From Felis catus (taxonomy: Eukaryota), in assembly GCF_018350175.1 (NCBI RefSeq), contig NC_058368.1, positions 165,108,001 through 165,172,000 of the forward strand: a stretch of DNA of 64,000 nucleotides, given 5' to 3'. The notes beneath the pieces were generated by a model. It made no database searches and was not told the origin of the DNA. It saw only the letters and a list, made by a program, of their open reading frames with translations. A program made the translations under genes and the position numbers. The stretch's first letter is position 1; every line of letters begins with the position of its first letter. Shown in pieces: positions 26,873-38,492 of this stretch.

Positions 26873-27235
26873 TATTGATTTTTTTTTAAACAGCTTTTGG
26901 TTTCATTAATTTCTGCATATTTTTCCTGTTTTCTAGTTTATTTTCTGTTCTAATTCTTATTTTTTTCTTCTGTTTGCCGGGATTTAGTTTGCTCTTCTTT
27001 TTCCAGTCCTTTAGAAAAAGATTTTTAGATCTAAAAACTTAGATTATTGATTTTAGATTTTTTTTCTAATATGTGTTCAATACTATAAACTTCTCTCTAC
27101 ACACTGCTTTTGCTTTATCCCCGGAACTTTGGTAAATTGTGTTTCCACTTTAATTTAGTTCAAAATATTTCTTAATTTCTTTTGAGTTTATCCTTTAGCT
27201 CATGTATTATTTAGGAGTGTAATGTTTTATGTCCA

Positions 27236-28212
27236 AATATCCTTCAAGGGGATGGAGCATAAGTCCTTACACTGTAAGTGAGCTCTGCATAGTCACTTCC
27301 CTCCAATGAGTACAGTATGAGAAAAGCAAAACAAGATTGACTTTACAGTGAAGAATCCTGACAAACACTACCTCAGCCAAAGGAGCAAAATTAATAGCAA
27401 CAGTTATGAGTAATGTTGATATCATATACCCCAGATATGGATGTGTGAAAATGCCCTCCTCTGTGTTCTTCCCCCCAAAATCCCATAACCACAACCTTAT
27501 CAAAAGAAGAATATTAGATAAATTCCAATTAAGGGGTGTTCTATAAATTATCTGACTAGTATTGAGGGTTGCTAGAGGGGTGTTGTATATGGGCCTGGGA
27601 TAAATGGGTAATGGGTACTAAGGAGGGCACTTGTTGTGATGAGCACTGGTGTTATAGGTAAGTGATGATCACTAAATTCCATCCCTGAAATTATTATTGT
27701 ACTATATGTTAACTAACTTGGATTTAAATAAAATTTAAAAATTAAAAAAAGGTTTGATACCATATTTCTATTTTCTCAGAGGGTTTCTAGTTCTCCGTTC
27801 CTATTTTAATATATTTTCTTTCATGGAATAAATATCTATTCTTACCTCTCTGAAAAAAATTTTCAAGATTATTGAATACAAAGGAGGTCTGATAAACTTT
27901 TACAGAAGGAGGAACCTAATGAAGATTACATGAAGATTAATGTAATGTTCGCTGGGTGGGATTCTGGAACAGAAAAAAGAACATTAGGTATAAAGTAAGG
28001 AAATCTGGAAATATTATGAACTTTTGTTGATAATAATGTTTCAACATTTATTAATTGTGACAAACATATTGTAGTAATGTAAGATGTTAATAATAGGAAA
28101 ATCTGGGTTTGATGGATACGGCACTTGTGGGTACATGTGGGGCATGCTACTATTTTAACTTTTCTGTAAATCTAAAACTATTCTGGAATAAAGTTTTTAT
28201 TAAAAATAAAAA
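27236..28212 (+). mobile_element. L1MD/L1MC3-like 3' end, interrupted at ~27562-27850
   Basis: 'actttacagtgaagaatcctgacaaacactacctcagcca' and 'ttttctgtaaatctaaaactattctggaataaagttt' followed by an A-rich tail. Confidence 0.8.
27562..27750 (+). mobile_element. Short carnivore LINE-1 3' end
   Basis: 'gatgagcactggtgttataggtaagtgatgatcactaaattc...tatgttaactaacttggatttaaataaaa' plus A-tail; similar to 29907-30070. Confidence 0.9.
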
Positions 28213-28814
28213 TAAGTCTTGTCACCACAGAATCCAGAGCTTAAAACTGCAAGATGCTAGAAACAGAAAGAGATAGTTATAGAGGTAAAGACTTATATTT
28301 CACTTCAATAGGAGGGGGGCTTATACAGAAATGATACAAGAGTTTTGGACAAAATTAAAGACAGCCTGATACACAGGCACTCTTATAGCTTTAAGGAAAT
28401 AAGTTGTAACTCTCATCTGCATAATTGACCTAAAAGGACAGAGAATAGACCACATGTGATAATTTCAGCAATATAAAATAGATTCCTGCCTGATTGACTC
28501 ATAATTTGCTGCAGATTCATGGTGGGTTATATTATCTAAGTGGTAAACATGCTGAATTATGATTACTCATGAGTTGTAATCAATCACGAAAATGTTTGCT
28601 AAAAAGTAGTTTTAACTTTAGAAAACTAGTTACCCAGTAATCCTGGCGATAACTGTATGTATATTTGAGCAGGACATCTGAAAATTTTTTGTAGACGTTA
28701 TCCAGATTGATAGGCTTAAATATGGGGCTTGTATGAGAAGGCAAATAACTTTGTAAATTAAATAAAAGGCAGCAAGTGAGATGTAAATCCTAAGGTTAGT
28801 TAAAAACAGGGTCA

Positions 28815-29631
28815 GACTTTCTTACACCATACACAAAAATAAACTCACAAAGGATGAAAGACCTAAACATAAGACAGGAAGCTATCAAAATCCTAGAGGA
28901 GAAAACAGGCAACAACCTCTTTGACCTCAGCCACAGCAACTTCTTATTTGATATGTCTCTGGAGGCAAGGGAAACAAAAGCAAAAAATGAACTATTCAGA
29001 CCTCATCAAGATAAACAGCTGCTGCACAGTGAAGGAAACAATCAGCAAAACTAAGAGGCATCCAACAGAATGGAGAAGATATTTGTAAATGACTTATCGG
29101 ATAAAAGGTTAGCATCAAAAAGCTATAACGAATTTATCAAACTCAACAACCAAAACACAAATAATCCAGTAAAGAAATGGGCAAAAGACATGAATAAACA
29201 CTTTTCCAAAGAAGGCATCCAGATGCCTAGCAGACACATGAAAAAATGCTTAATATCACTCATCATCAGGGAAATCCATACCAAAACCACAATGAGATAC
29301 CACCTCACATCTGTCAAAATTGCTAAAACTACAACTCAGGAAACAACAGATTTTGGCAAAGATGTGGACAAAGAGGAACCCTTTTACACCGTCGATGGGA
29401 ATGCAAAGTGGTACAGCAACTCTGGAAAACAGTATGGAGATTCCTCAGAAAATTAAAAACAGAACTACCCTACAACCCAGCAATTGCACTAGTAGGTATT
29501 AATCCAAAGAATACAGGAGTGCTGATTCAAAGGGGCACATGCACCCCAATGTTTATAGCAGCACTATTGAAAGTAGCCAAAGTATGGAAAGAGCCCAAAT
29601 GTCCATACACAGGTGAATGTATAAAAAAGAT

Positions 29632-29668
<37 letters not shown>

Positions 29669-30337
29669 GGAATATTACTTGGTGATCAAAAAGAATGAAA
29701 TCTTGCCATTTGCAACAATGTGCATGGAACTAGAGTGTATTATGCTAAGCGAAATAAATCAGAGAAAGACAAATGTCATATGATTTCACTCATAATGGGG
29801 AATTTAAGAAACAAAACAGATGAAGGGAAGGGAAGGGAAGGAAAAATAAGATAAAAAACAGAGAGGGAGACAAACCATTAAAGACTCTTAAATATATAGA
29901 ACAAACTGAGGGTTGCTGGTGGGGTGTTGAGTTGGGGGATGGGCTAAATGGGCGAGGGGCATTGAAGAGGACTCTTGTCGGGATGAGCATTGGGTGTTAA
30001 ATGTAAGTGATGAATCATTAAATTCTATTCCTGAAGTCATTATTACAGTGTATGTTAACTAACTTGGATTTATTTTTAAAAAAATTTTTTTTTCAACGTT
30101 TATTTATTTTTGGGACAGAGAGAGACAGAGCATGAACGGGGGAGGGGCAGAGAGAGAGGGAGACACAGAATCGGAAACAGGCTCCAGGCTCTGAGCCATC
30201 AGCCCAGAGCCTGAGGCGGGGCTCGAACTCACAGACCGCGAGATCGTGACCTGGCTTAAGTCGGACGCTTAACCGACTGCGCCACCCAGGCGCCCCAACT
30301 AACTTGGATTTAAATTTAAAAATATTTAAAAAAAAAC
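28815..30337 (+). mobile_element. 5'-truncated carnivore LINE-1 (ORF2 C-terminus and 3' UTR)
   Basis: Frameshifted ORF2 peptides ([43 protein letters not shown]...WKEPKCP); (CA)n at 29634-29666. Confidence 0.96.
30073..30296 (-). mobile_element. Young Can-SINE (SINEC_Fc) inserted in the L1 3' end
   Basis: Perfect TSD aactaacttggattta at 30057-30072 and 30297-30312. Confidence 0.98.
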
Positions 30338-33300
30338 GGGAAACAATTGGGTCATTTTCGTTAGATGTGTTGCTCTTTACCCCCATTCCTCCTGCCATTA
30401 AACCTGAAATTAGGAATAAGAACTATCATAACAGCAGAGTGATTCTAAGCTTATCACCATAAAGTAAACGTTAGTAGGTGTAAAACGTGACTTGATAATC
30501 TCCCACCAAATGTAAATATAAGATTTGATATTCATCATGAATTATGAGCAAGAAAACCCTGAACCAGAGAAATAAAAATCTGAATAATCATACTTTCTGC
30601 AAATATTTTAAATCAGACACTTACTTAAAACTTATTTAACCCCAAACAAGGAAAGACATCCAAGTATTGAAATCGAAGTATATTAGTGCATCCATTTGAG
30701 TTTCTTATTATGCCTAGGTGATATAAGGATATCACAAAATCAAATTTTGTAATTTGAACATGTTTCAGGCATTTTGAGTGAAATGTCAATTTTAAATCAC
30801 TTTAAATGCATGTCTTTATTCAGATTGAGGCTAGGCCTGAAAATATACATATATGCAAATGAATATGGAAAGATATGGAATGATAAAGACTTAGAGCTCG
30901 TTTTTTTCTTGCCATAACAATGGTCACTACAAATCTGCACACTAGAAAAGTATACCAGGTAGTTAATGAATATCATGATCAGCCATATTTGTATAGGAAC
31001 TATTGACAGTTAACTATACCTTTAGAGTACTGGGGTACTCATTTTTCATTGATTATGTTCAAAATCTAAAATACTGTGGACCACACTGTATGTCACTATA
31101 ATCAGTAATTCATTTATCTACTTATCTCCTGTTGATATGCACAGCATAATTCAATTCATCATGCAATACTTCTGGATTTTCCTCATGATGGCTATTATCA
31201 CTAGAACAACAACATACTGTTACCCTTTTTTTTTGTTGCAAAAGTGTACTCATTCAATGTTGAAGGAACCCAGCCTTCTTTCAATTCACATGGATATTTC
31301 CTGTCTCTAAATTGCACTTTTCTCCTTTTAATTTTGGTAACTTTCTAAATTGCTTTTTGTTTTTCTCACATAAATGAGATGACAATGGCATTTGAAGGGA
31401 AGTGAAAAAATACAGAAATGATTACCATTGATTATCTTTCTTCTCTTTACCTGCTTGCACTCTTTGACTGAGTGTGCCTGGATGAGCTGAACAGTTTGTT
31501 AGCACATGCTGGGCAATTACTGTGCTACAAATTTGCAGCTACAGTGATCCTGCAAAACACCACTTTCTTGATCTCTCTGTCTGCAATTAAGAAATGACAT
31601 GACTAACAAAAGGTATTCTTATTTTTAGTATGAAAAAGACTGAATTGTGCTTTCAATTTACAAAAAAAAGAAGTGAAAATAAGGATAAATATGAGTGAAT
31701 TTAATTTAGGGTGATTTGTAACATAGTATGCTGCCACGTTTTTGTCATTGTAAGATTGCATGGGTAGCAATGTTTTTGTTTTTGTTTTTTTTCTTTTTTA
31801 TCCAATGGGAACTAGATAACTCATGTACCTTACTTAGATGATAGGTTTATGCATTATTTTTTTTTTTTTTAGAAAAAAATGCAGTAGACTGAAAAAATTC
31901 AACTCAGCCCAAGTAATTCTGCTGGCAGACAATAGGATGTAAGAGACAGTCCTCAATAATCACAGTTCTTATTCAGATGAAGTATTTTGAATATAAAGTG
32001 ACAGTAGAAAATGGCATAGATTTCAATAACTTTAAGAACCAATCTTCCATTGTCTGAGTAAACTCTATGGTTGGTAGTTATTGAATGAGCATGTTTACCG
32101 TGATTTTACACAGGAAAGAGTATCATTTCATAGCAAGCTAAGGATCCATGAATTATAAAAGGAATTATTAATGTTCAAATAGTACATCCTAGGAATAGAT
32201 CAAACTGGAAGGTTATTTTCTGCATTTGCAATTGAATAGCATATTTGATTTTATTACAAATAGCAAAAACTGAGTCATTTTTAGGATAATGTCAAAAAAG
32301 AAAGGAAGAAAGAAAGTGTCACTCAAGAGCCTTAGTGTAATCTTAACATATTCAAATAAACATTCATAATAACTGAGTTGCTTTTCTGAAAGGAACATAA
32401 AAGTAGTCAAGCTCTACTGTGAGTTGCCATCCAAATTTGCTATTTTCATGCCTATTTCTGACATGAACAGGCTGTCATAAAGTGAAAAGAATTATTATGA
32501 AATGAGATTAGTAAGCAGCTTGCTGATGGATCAGAACACATTATCCAGGATTCTTAGCCCAGGATAGATGTGATCTGGAGGCAGGTAGGCATCCCAGCTA
32601 GTAAAGAGGAGCCATAAGTTGCACTGATACACATCCACGCAGAGAAAGTTTGTATCAGAAAGGTTGATGGCATCAGACATGGGACTTAGTCAAAAAACTG
32701 CCTAGACTGGATAGGAAGCAAATTAGAAATGTGCTTTAGGGCAGTGTAGTACAACTTTGCCTATTGCTGAGAGTCAAAAGAGACATTAGTCAAAAACAGA
32801 TTTCTAGACTACACCAATACCTACTCAATCAGTAGTTATAAGTGGGGGAGACTCTGCAAGTCTGTATTGTTTAACAATTGTCATAGATGATTCTAAAACG
32901 TGGTTAATAAAGGAAATGATCCTAAAAGTACTGAAAAGCCAATTATTCATTGATTATTTAATAAATATTTCTTGAGAAAGTAATATGTATTCTCAAAGTT
33001 CTATGGTATACTTGTGGTGATCTTTGTAAACCAAAAAAACCACCTCATTTGGAGCAATTTGACTTTTTAAATTGCTAATTTAATTTGTTGACTTAATATA
33101 TGAAAAAAAACAGATTGAGCATATATGATATCTCATAAACTAGTACAATTTAATTATCACTATTGAAAAGACTTATAATTTTGTCACTTAACATGTTTAA
33201 ATGATACCGGCATTTATAATTTTAATAATTCATGTTCTTTTTAAGTCCTTAAATTGTCTGAATAACCAAATGAACTCTCTCAAGCACTTAGGTAATTCCT

Positions 33301-33369
33301 AGAGTCTAATGAGTCAAGTTTAAATGTAGTGAACCATAATTGTTTTTGTGAATTTAAAGTCAAATTATC

Positions 33370-33480
33370 AGGGCGCCTGGGTGGCTCAGTCCGTCAGGCG
33401 TCCAACTTCAGCTCAGGTCATTTATTAACTCGTGGTTCATGATTTCAAGCCCCCGAGTCAGGCTCTGGGCTGACAGTTCA
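33370..33480 (+). mobile_element. 3'-truncated Can-SINE
   Basis: tRNA-like head 'gggcgcctgggtggctcagt...' stops at 'ggctgacagttca'; no CT tract or A-tail. Confidence 0.9.
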
Positions 33481-35869
33481 AATTAGATGCTTTTGATATT
33501 CTTCCACTCAGTATCTTCCTCACTCCAATTCTCTGTTTAATGAAGACTTCTCAGATTGGTTTTTTGTTTTTTTGTTTTTTTGCCACCTATCCACAATACC
33601 CCTCCTTCCCATCAATCTTTACTTCTTACTTTTAATTTTGACTTTTAAGCAAAAGCTTAACTTTGCCTCACATAATTTGTTACTGTATCATATAATAATA
33701 TCCGTTTACCTGTTTATATATTCATTTATTTATTATGTGTCTTCTTCAGGAAAGTATCAGTTTCCATTGGAAGGACTTAACAACTCTCTCACTATTATAT
33801 CTCTATAATAATAATGCTGTTCAATTCATAACACTAAATAATTATTTGAGAAATTAATACCTTTAAAAAATCACTAGTGCTTGTATTAAGGTCTGTCATA
33901 CAGTCATATATCTAATATTCCTTACACTGACCTTGACTAGTGACATGACTGGTCCTAGTATTTCACAAAAGGCTTTTGATGAGTATAGTTGATAGGATCA
34001 AGAATCAGAAGGAAATTACACAGATGACTTAAAAAAATTGGATTATAAAATTTTATTACCCATGTCATAAGCAACACATATTCCATGATTTTAAAACTTC
34101 TCATTCTAAAAAGTTAAAGTGATATTAACAGTTACAGATACATCTCTTCAGTACCTACTGCTAATTATTTTGTTAGTGTTCTTTCCTTCACCCACCTAAA
34201 CCTCTAAGATAAGTTTATTGAGAACGGCTAGCTCTTATTAACTCGTGAATTCATGAAATCTAACACGATGTCTGGTACATTTAATTGTTAAATAAATATT
34301 ATAAGTGAAAAGCGAAGCCCAAAGTACAATTAACCTTATATCTTTTTGATGGATTCAAAATGTGATTTCCATTTATGTACCTTCGAAGGAAGGTAATGTA
34401 ATGTCTTCATTGCATTAATGACAATCTCAAAAGCAGAAGACTAAGGTTAATAATTCTATTTCTTGGTAAACTAAACCACTGTGAATTTCTTTTTCTTCTT
34501 CAAACAAATGAAAAATCTTATTTTTAGCTTAAAAATGCTTTCATTGCTTTCTCCTTCTTATGAAATGTTATCTTTGGAATTTAAATTTTATTTCACAGAG
34601 GGCTCCGTCTGCTCTTTTTATAGCTGAGCCTGCATTAATTTGCTTTAGACCATCCCCATAGTATTGGTACATAAGCTCCTTCTGCTGGTGAAAGTAACTT
34701 GTAGCTAATATTCCTTGTATTTTGTTTTGGGTTTTTTTTTTTTTTTTACTATTGGTTTCTCAGGGTATTTTGGGCTTAAGAGTACACAAGGCATTGTTTT
34801 TACAAATCAGCTTTTAATTGGAAGACAGCTTCTAAAAAATGCAGATGAACTATCTCATGTTCTGACTGGGGCTTAGCACAGGGGCACTGATAATCCACCT
34901 GACTTGATGGCTGTTCTTCAAATGTGCTACTGAGATAGATCCTTTCTGGCAAGCTTCACTTGAGGGGTCTCTTCAAACTAATCCTTTTCCCAATTAATTG
35001 GATTTGCCTCCTCCAGGGTCACTGTCAAACTATGCAATTGGCTTTCTTTTGGGTTCAGATTTTGTTATATGCATGAGTCCAGTTCCAGACATTTTTCTTT
35101 CACTTTAAACTTCTGACCTGCAGTGGTCGAGACTGTTCACTTTCTTAGTTGAGGGATAAGCTACCTCTTTGGAATGCATACCTCAGAAATACAAAGACCA
35201 GGTTCCGACTTCTGCGCAGCCTTTCCAGTTAGCTTCTAATTCCATCACTCACTCATTTTCTTAAAGAGAGGGGTGGAGGTACCTTTCAAATCCTCAAATT
35301 AAGTCATTATGTCACTTTATAAAGGAAGCATAAAAAAGGGGGGGGTACATTTTCTGTACATTCCATGTACCTCATAAAAGCCACATACAGATTTGTGTTT
35401 TTCTGGTGAGGTTAAAAACATGCATTTATCCCAAAAGTAAGTTGTATTATATAACCCATCTTGTTAGGTAACGGAGAAATTTACATTCTCCAATGATATT
35501 ATGAAATATTTGGACTTTTATAATCTTTAATATACATATATACTGTTAAGAACACCCAAATTATTAACACAACAATGAAATGAACCAAGTCATATTTATA
35601 ACTCATTTTAAATCTATATTTGAACTCTTCATAGCTAAACACATTAAGATGTTGTACCAAAGCAACCACTCATAGATTTGTATAGTTGAGGTGTTTTGAG
35701 AGGTATAAAGCTTGTAAGAAACAAGAGAATTCAAATGTTTGTAGAGTAGAAATGCACTCTTAATGAAGCACTATTTGGTTACACCAAAGTATTATCCATT
35801 GCAACATAACTAGAAATAACTAACAGAATATACTGAGGTTTATTTCCTGATTTCTAGGTAATATTTTAT

Positions 35870-36266
35870 TTTCTTTTTTTATAGTCAGTTTATACTTTAT
35901 TTACTTGTTTTTATTTTATTATTTTTTTCCTACATGATAATGGTACTCTTTAGTCCCCATCACCTATTTAACTCACCTTCTGACCCACCCCCTCTTCTGG
36001 TAACCATCAGTTTGTTCTAGAGCTAATAGTCTGTTTTTTGGGTTTCTCTCTCTCTTTCTCTCTCTCTCTGTCTCTCTTTGCTTGTTTGTTTTGTTTCTAA
36101 AATTCTACATATGAATGAGATCATATGGTATTTGTTTTTCTCTAGTTGACTTATTTTGCTTAGCATTATACTCTCTAGCTCCATCCATGTTGTTGCAAAT
36201 GACAAGAAATCATTTTTTATGGCTGAATAATACCCCATTATATGTGTGTGTGTGTGCGTGTGTGTG

Positions 36267-36301
<35 letters not shown>

Positions 36302-36790
36302 CTTCTTTATTCATTTGTCAGTAGACACTTGGGCTGCTTCCATATCTTGGCTATTGTAAATAATGCTGCTATAAACATAGGGGTGTGTGTATCCCTTTGA
36401 ATTTTCTATTTTTTGGGTAAATATCTAGTAGTGCAATTGTTGGATCATAAGGTGGTTCTGTTTTTAACTATTTGAAGAATGTTCTTCATACTGTTTTCCA
36501 CAGTGGCTGCACCAGTTTGCATTCCCACCAACAATGCAAGAGAGAGGTTTCTTTTTTACTGTATCTTCACTAAGATGTCTAATGTCTTGTGTTGTGGATT
36601 TTAGCCATACTGACAGGTGCAAGGTGCTCTATCATTGTAGTTTTCATTTGTTGAGCATCTTTTCATGTGTCTTTTGGATATCTGTAAGTCTTCTTTGGAG
36701 AAATGTCTGTTCATGTCCTCTGCCCATTTTTAAATTGGTTTAGTTTTTTGGGTGTTGGGTTGTATTTGTTCTTTGAAGTATTTATATGAA
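35870..36790 (-). mobile_element. Carnivore LINE-1 3' portion (L1_Carn-like)
   Basis: ORF2-end peptide 'YYSAIK..FATTWMELESIMLSKISQ'; 'cagtggctgcaccagtttgcattcccaccaaca'; (TG)n at 36244-36300. Confidence 0.9.
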
Positions 36791-36799
36791 TATTTCTAT

Positions 36800-37560
36800 A
36801 TGCATTCAGTTTTCTTGAGTAAATAGTTCATGGTAGGTGTACAGTTCATTTTTTAAGGCAGTTGAAATTTTTTCTAAGTGGTCTATCACTGTGAATTCCT
36901 TCCAGAAATGTAAAAGACTTGCTTCATATCTTTTCCAGCACTTGATATGGTTTAAATGTATCCATTCTGATATATAGTATTCTCTCATTGTTTTAATTTG
37001 TACTTCCCAAATGACTGAGGATCTGTAGCATCTTTTCACATGCTTATTTCCTATCTATATATATTATTTGATAAAATGTTAAAGTATTTTTCCAATTTTA
37101 ATTTTTTGTTGTTGTTTCCTTGTTAAGTTTTGAGTAGACTTGAGATATTTTGGATATACACAATTTACAAATATTTTCTCCCAATCCCTGTTTTGTCTTT
37201 CCATTCCGTTGGTGGTTTTGTTGTTGTTGTTGTTGTTGTTGTTTTGTTTTGTTTTGTTTTTGGACAACATACATTTTAATTTTGATGAAAACGAATTTGT
37301 CAACTTCTTTTTTTTATGGACTGTGCTTTTGGTGTTGCAGAAATTGATGTCATTTAATAGATTACAAAGGTCTTCTCCTATGTTTTCTTCTAGAAATTTT
37401 ACAAAACATTTTGTAAAATGTTTGGAATTACAAAACATTTTGAGTTTATTTTTGTATATGCTGTGAAGTGTATATAAAACACTTTTTTTTTGTATATAGA
37501 TATTCAATGATCCCCAAATCATTCATGGAACAAAACAATCCTTCTTCCAATGGTTCATCT
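36800..37560 (-). mobile_element. Older L1M ORF2 fragment
   Basis: Degenerate ORF2 peptide 'KFLEENIGEDL...RQNRDWEKIF'. Confidence 0.75.
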
Positions 37561-38054
37561 TGCAAAACGTACACACATGCCTATATATACAACACACACA
37601 TATATTATGTATTATATGCATTACATGTATATACATATATAAAACACACTGATAAATCATACATATAAATTGATATTATTTATAGATTGTCCTTTATGGT
37701 TACATATAGTTTCATTTAAGAATCAATAAATTTAGAATGTCCAGTTATATAGATCTCTGCCCCATTACATGAAAAGCGAGGCAGAGAATATTTGTGTATA
37801 TATGCCATATTCATTTAGCACAACTATAAGCAAAGGAGTATTTTTACATAGTTATCTTAATAAACGCTGACAGAATTTATGGGAAGTAGACATTCTTATA
37901 GATGTTTTAAAGAAAAATACTTGCTAATCAGAGATTACAAAGCAGTTATTTAAAGTCACAGATACTTTAAGTGGTGGAGGTAGAAAGCAAACCCAGATGA
38001 CTGATACTCTTTCTAACACTGCCTATCCTAAAGGGTTAAATCATAGCATCAGTT

Positions 38055-38261
38055 GGGGCACCTAGGTGGCCCAGTCAGTTGAGCATCTGACTTTGGCTCA
38101 GGTCATAATCACATGGCTAGTGAGTTCATGGTTCAAGAGTTTCACATTTCGTGAGCTTAAGCCCCACATCAGCCTGGAGTCTGTTTTGGATCCTCATCCA
38201 TCCTGCTCCCTGCCCCTCCCCCGCTCAAGCTCACACTTGCAAAAATAAACAAACATTTTTA
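38055..38261 (+). mobile_element. Can-SINE (older, internally rearranged)
   Basis: Starts 'ggggcacctaggtggcccagtcagttgagcatctgac'; ends 'aaaaataaacaaacatt'. Confidence 0.9.
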
Positions 38262-38277
38262 AAAAAATCATAGTATT

Positions 38278-38492
38278 GGGGCGCCTGGGTGGCGCAGTCG
38301 GTTAAGCGTCCGACTTCAGCCAGGTCACGATCTCGCGGTCCATGAGTTCGAGCCCCGCGTCAGGCTCTGGGCTGATGGCTCAGAGCCTGGAGCCTGTTTC
38401 TGATTCTGTGTCTCCCTCTCTCTCTGCCCCTCCCCCGTTCATGCTCTGTCTCTCTCTGTCCCAAAAATAAATAAAAATGTGGAAAAAAAATT
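38278..38492 (+). mobile_element. Young Can-SINE (SINEC_Fc)
   Basis: Near-consensus body; TSD aaaaaatcatagtatt at 38262-38277 and 38493-38508. Confidence 0.98.

Larger units (their letters stand above)
24408..27235 (-). mobile_element. L1MC1-like LINE-1 (3' UTR and ORF2 pieces) with four SINE insertions
   Basis: 'gcagttttagttttacagcaaaattgagaggaaaatacagaga...agagtggtacatttgttataactgataaacctacattgacac' matches the L1MC1 3' end. Confidence 0.85.

Noticed and set aside
3123..30398. Family of similar ORFs ('...RDRDLAEVGRLTDCATQAP', 'GAPGWRS...')
   Set aside because: Translations of SINEC_Fc copies, not a protein family
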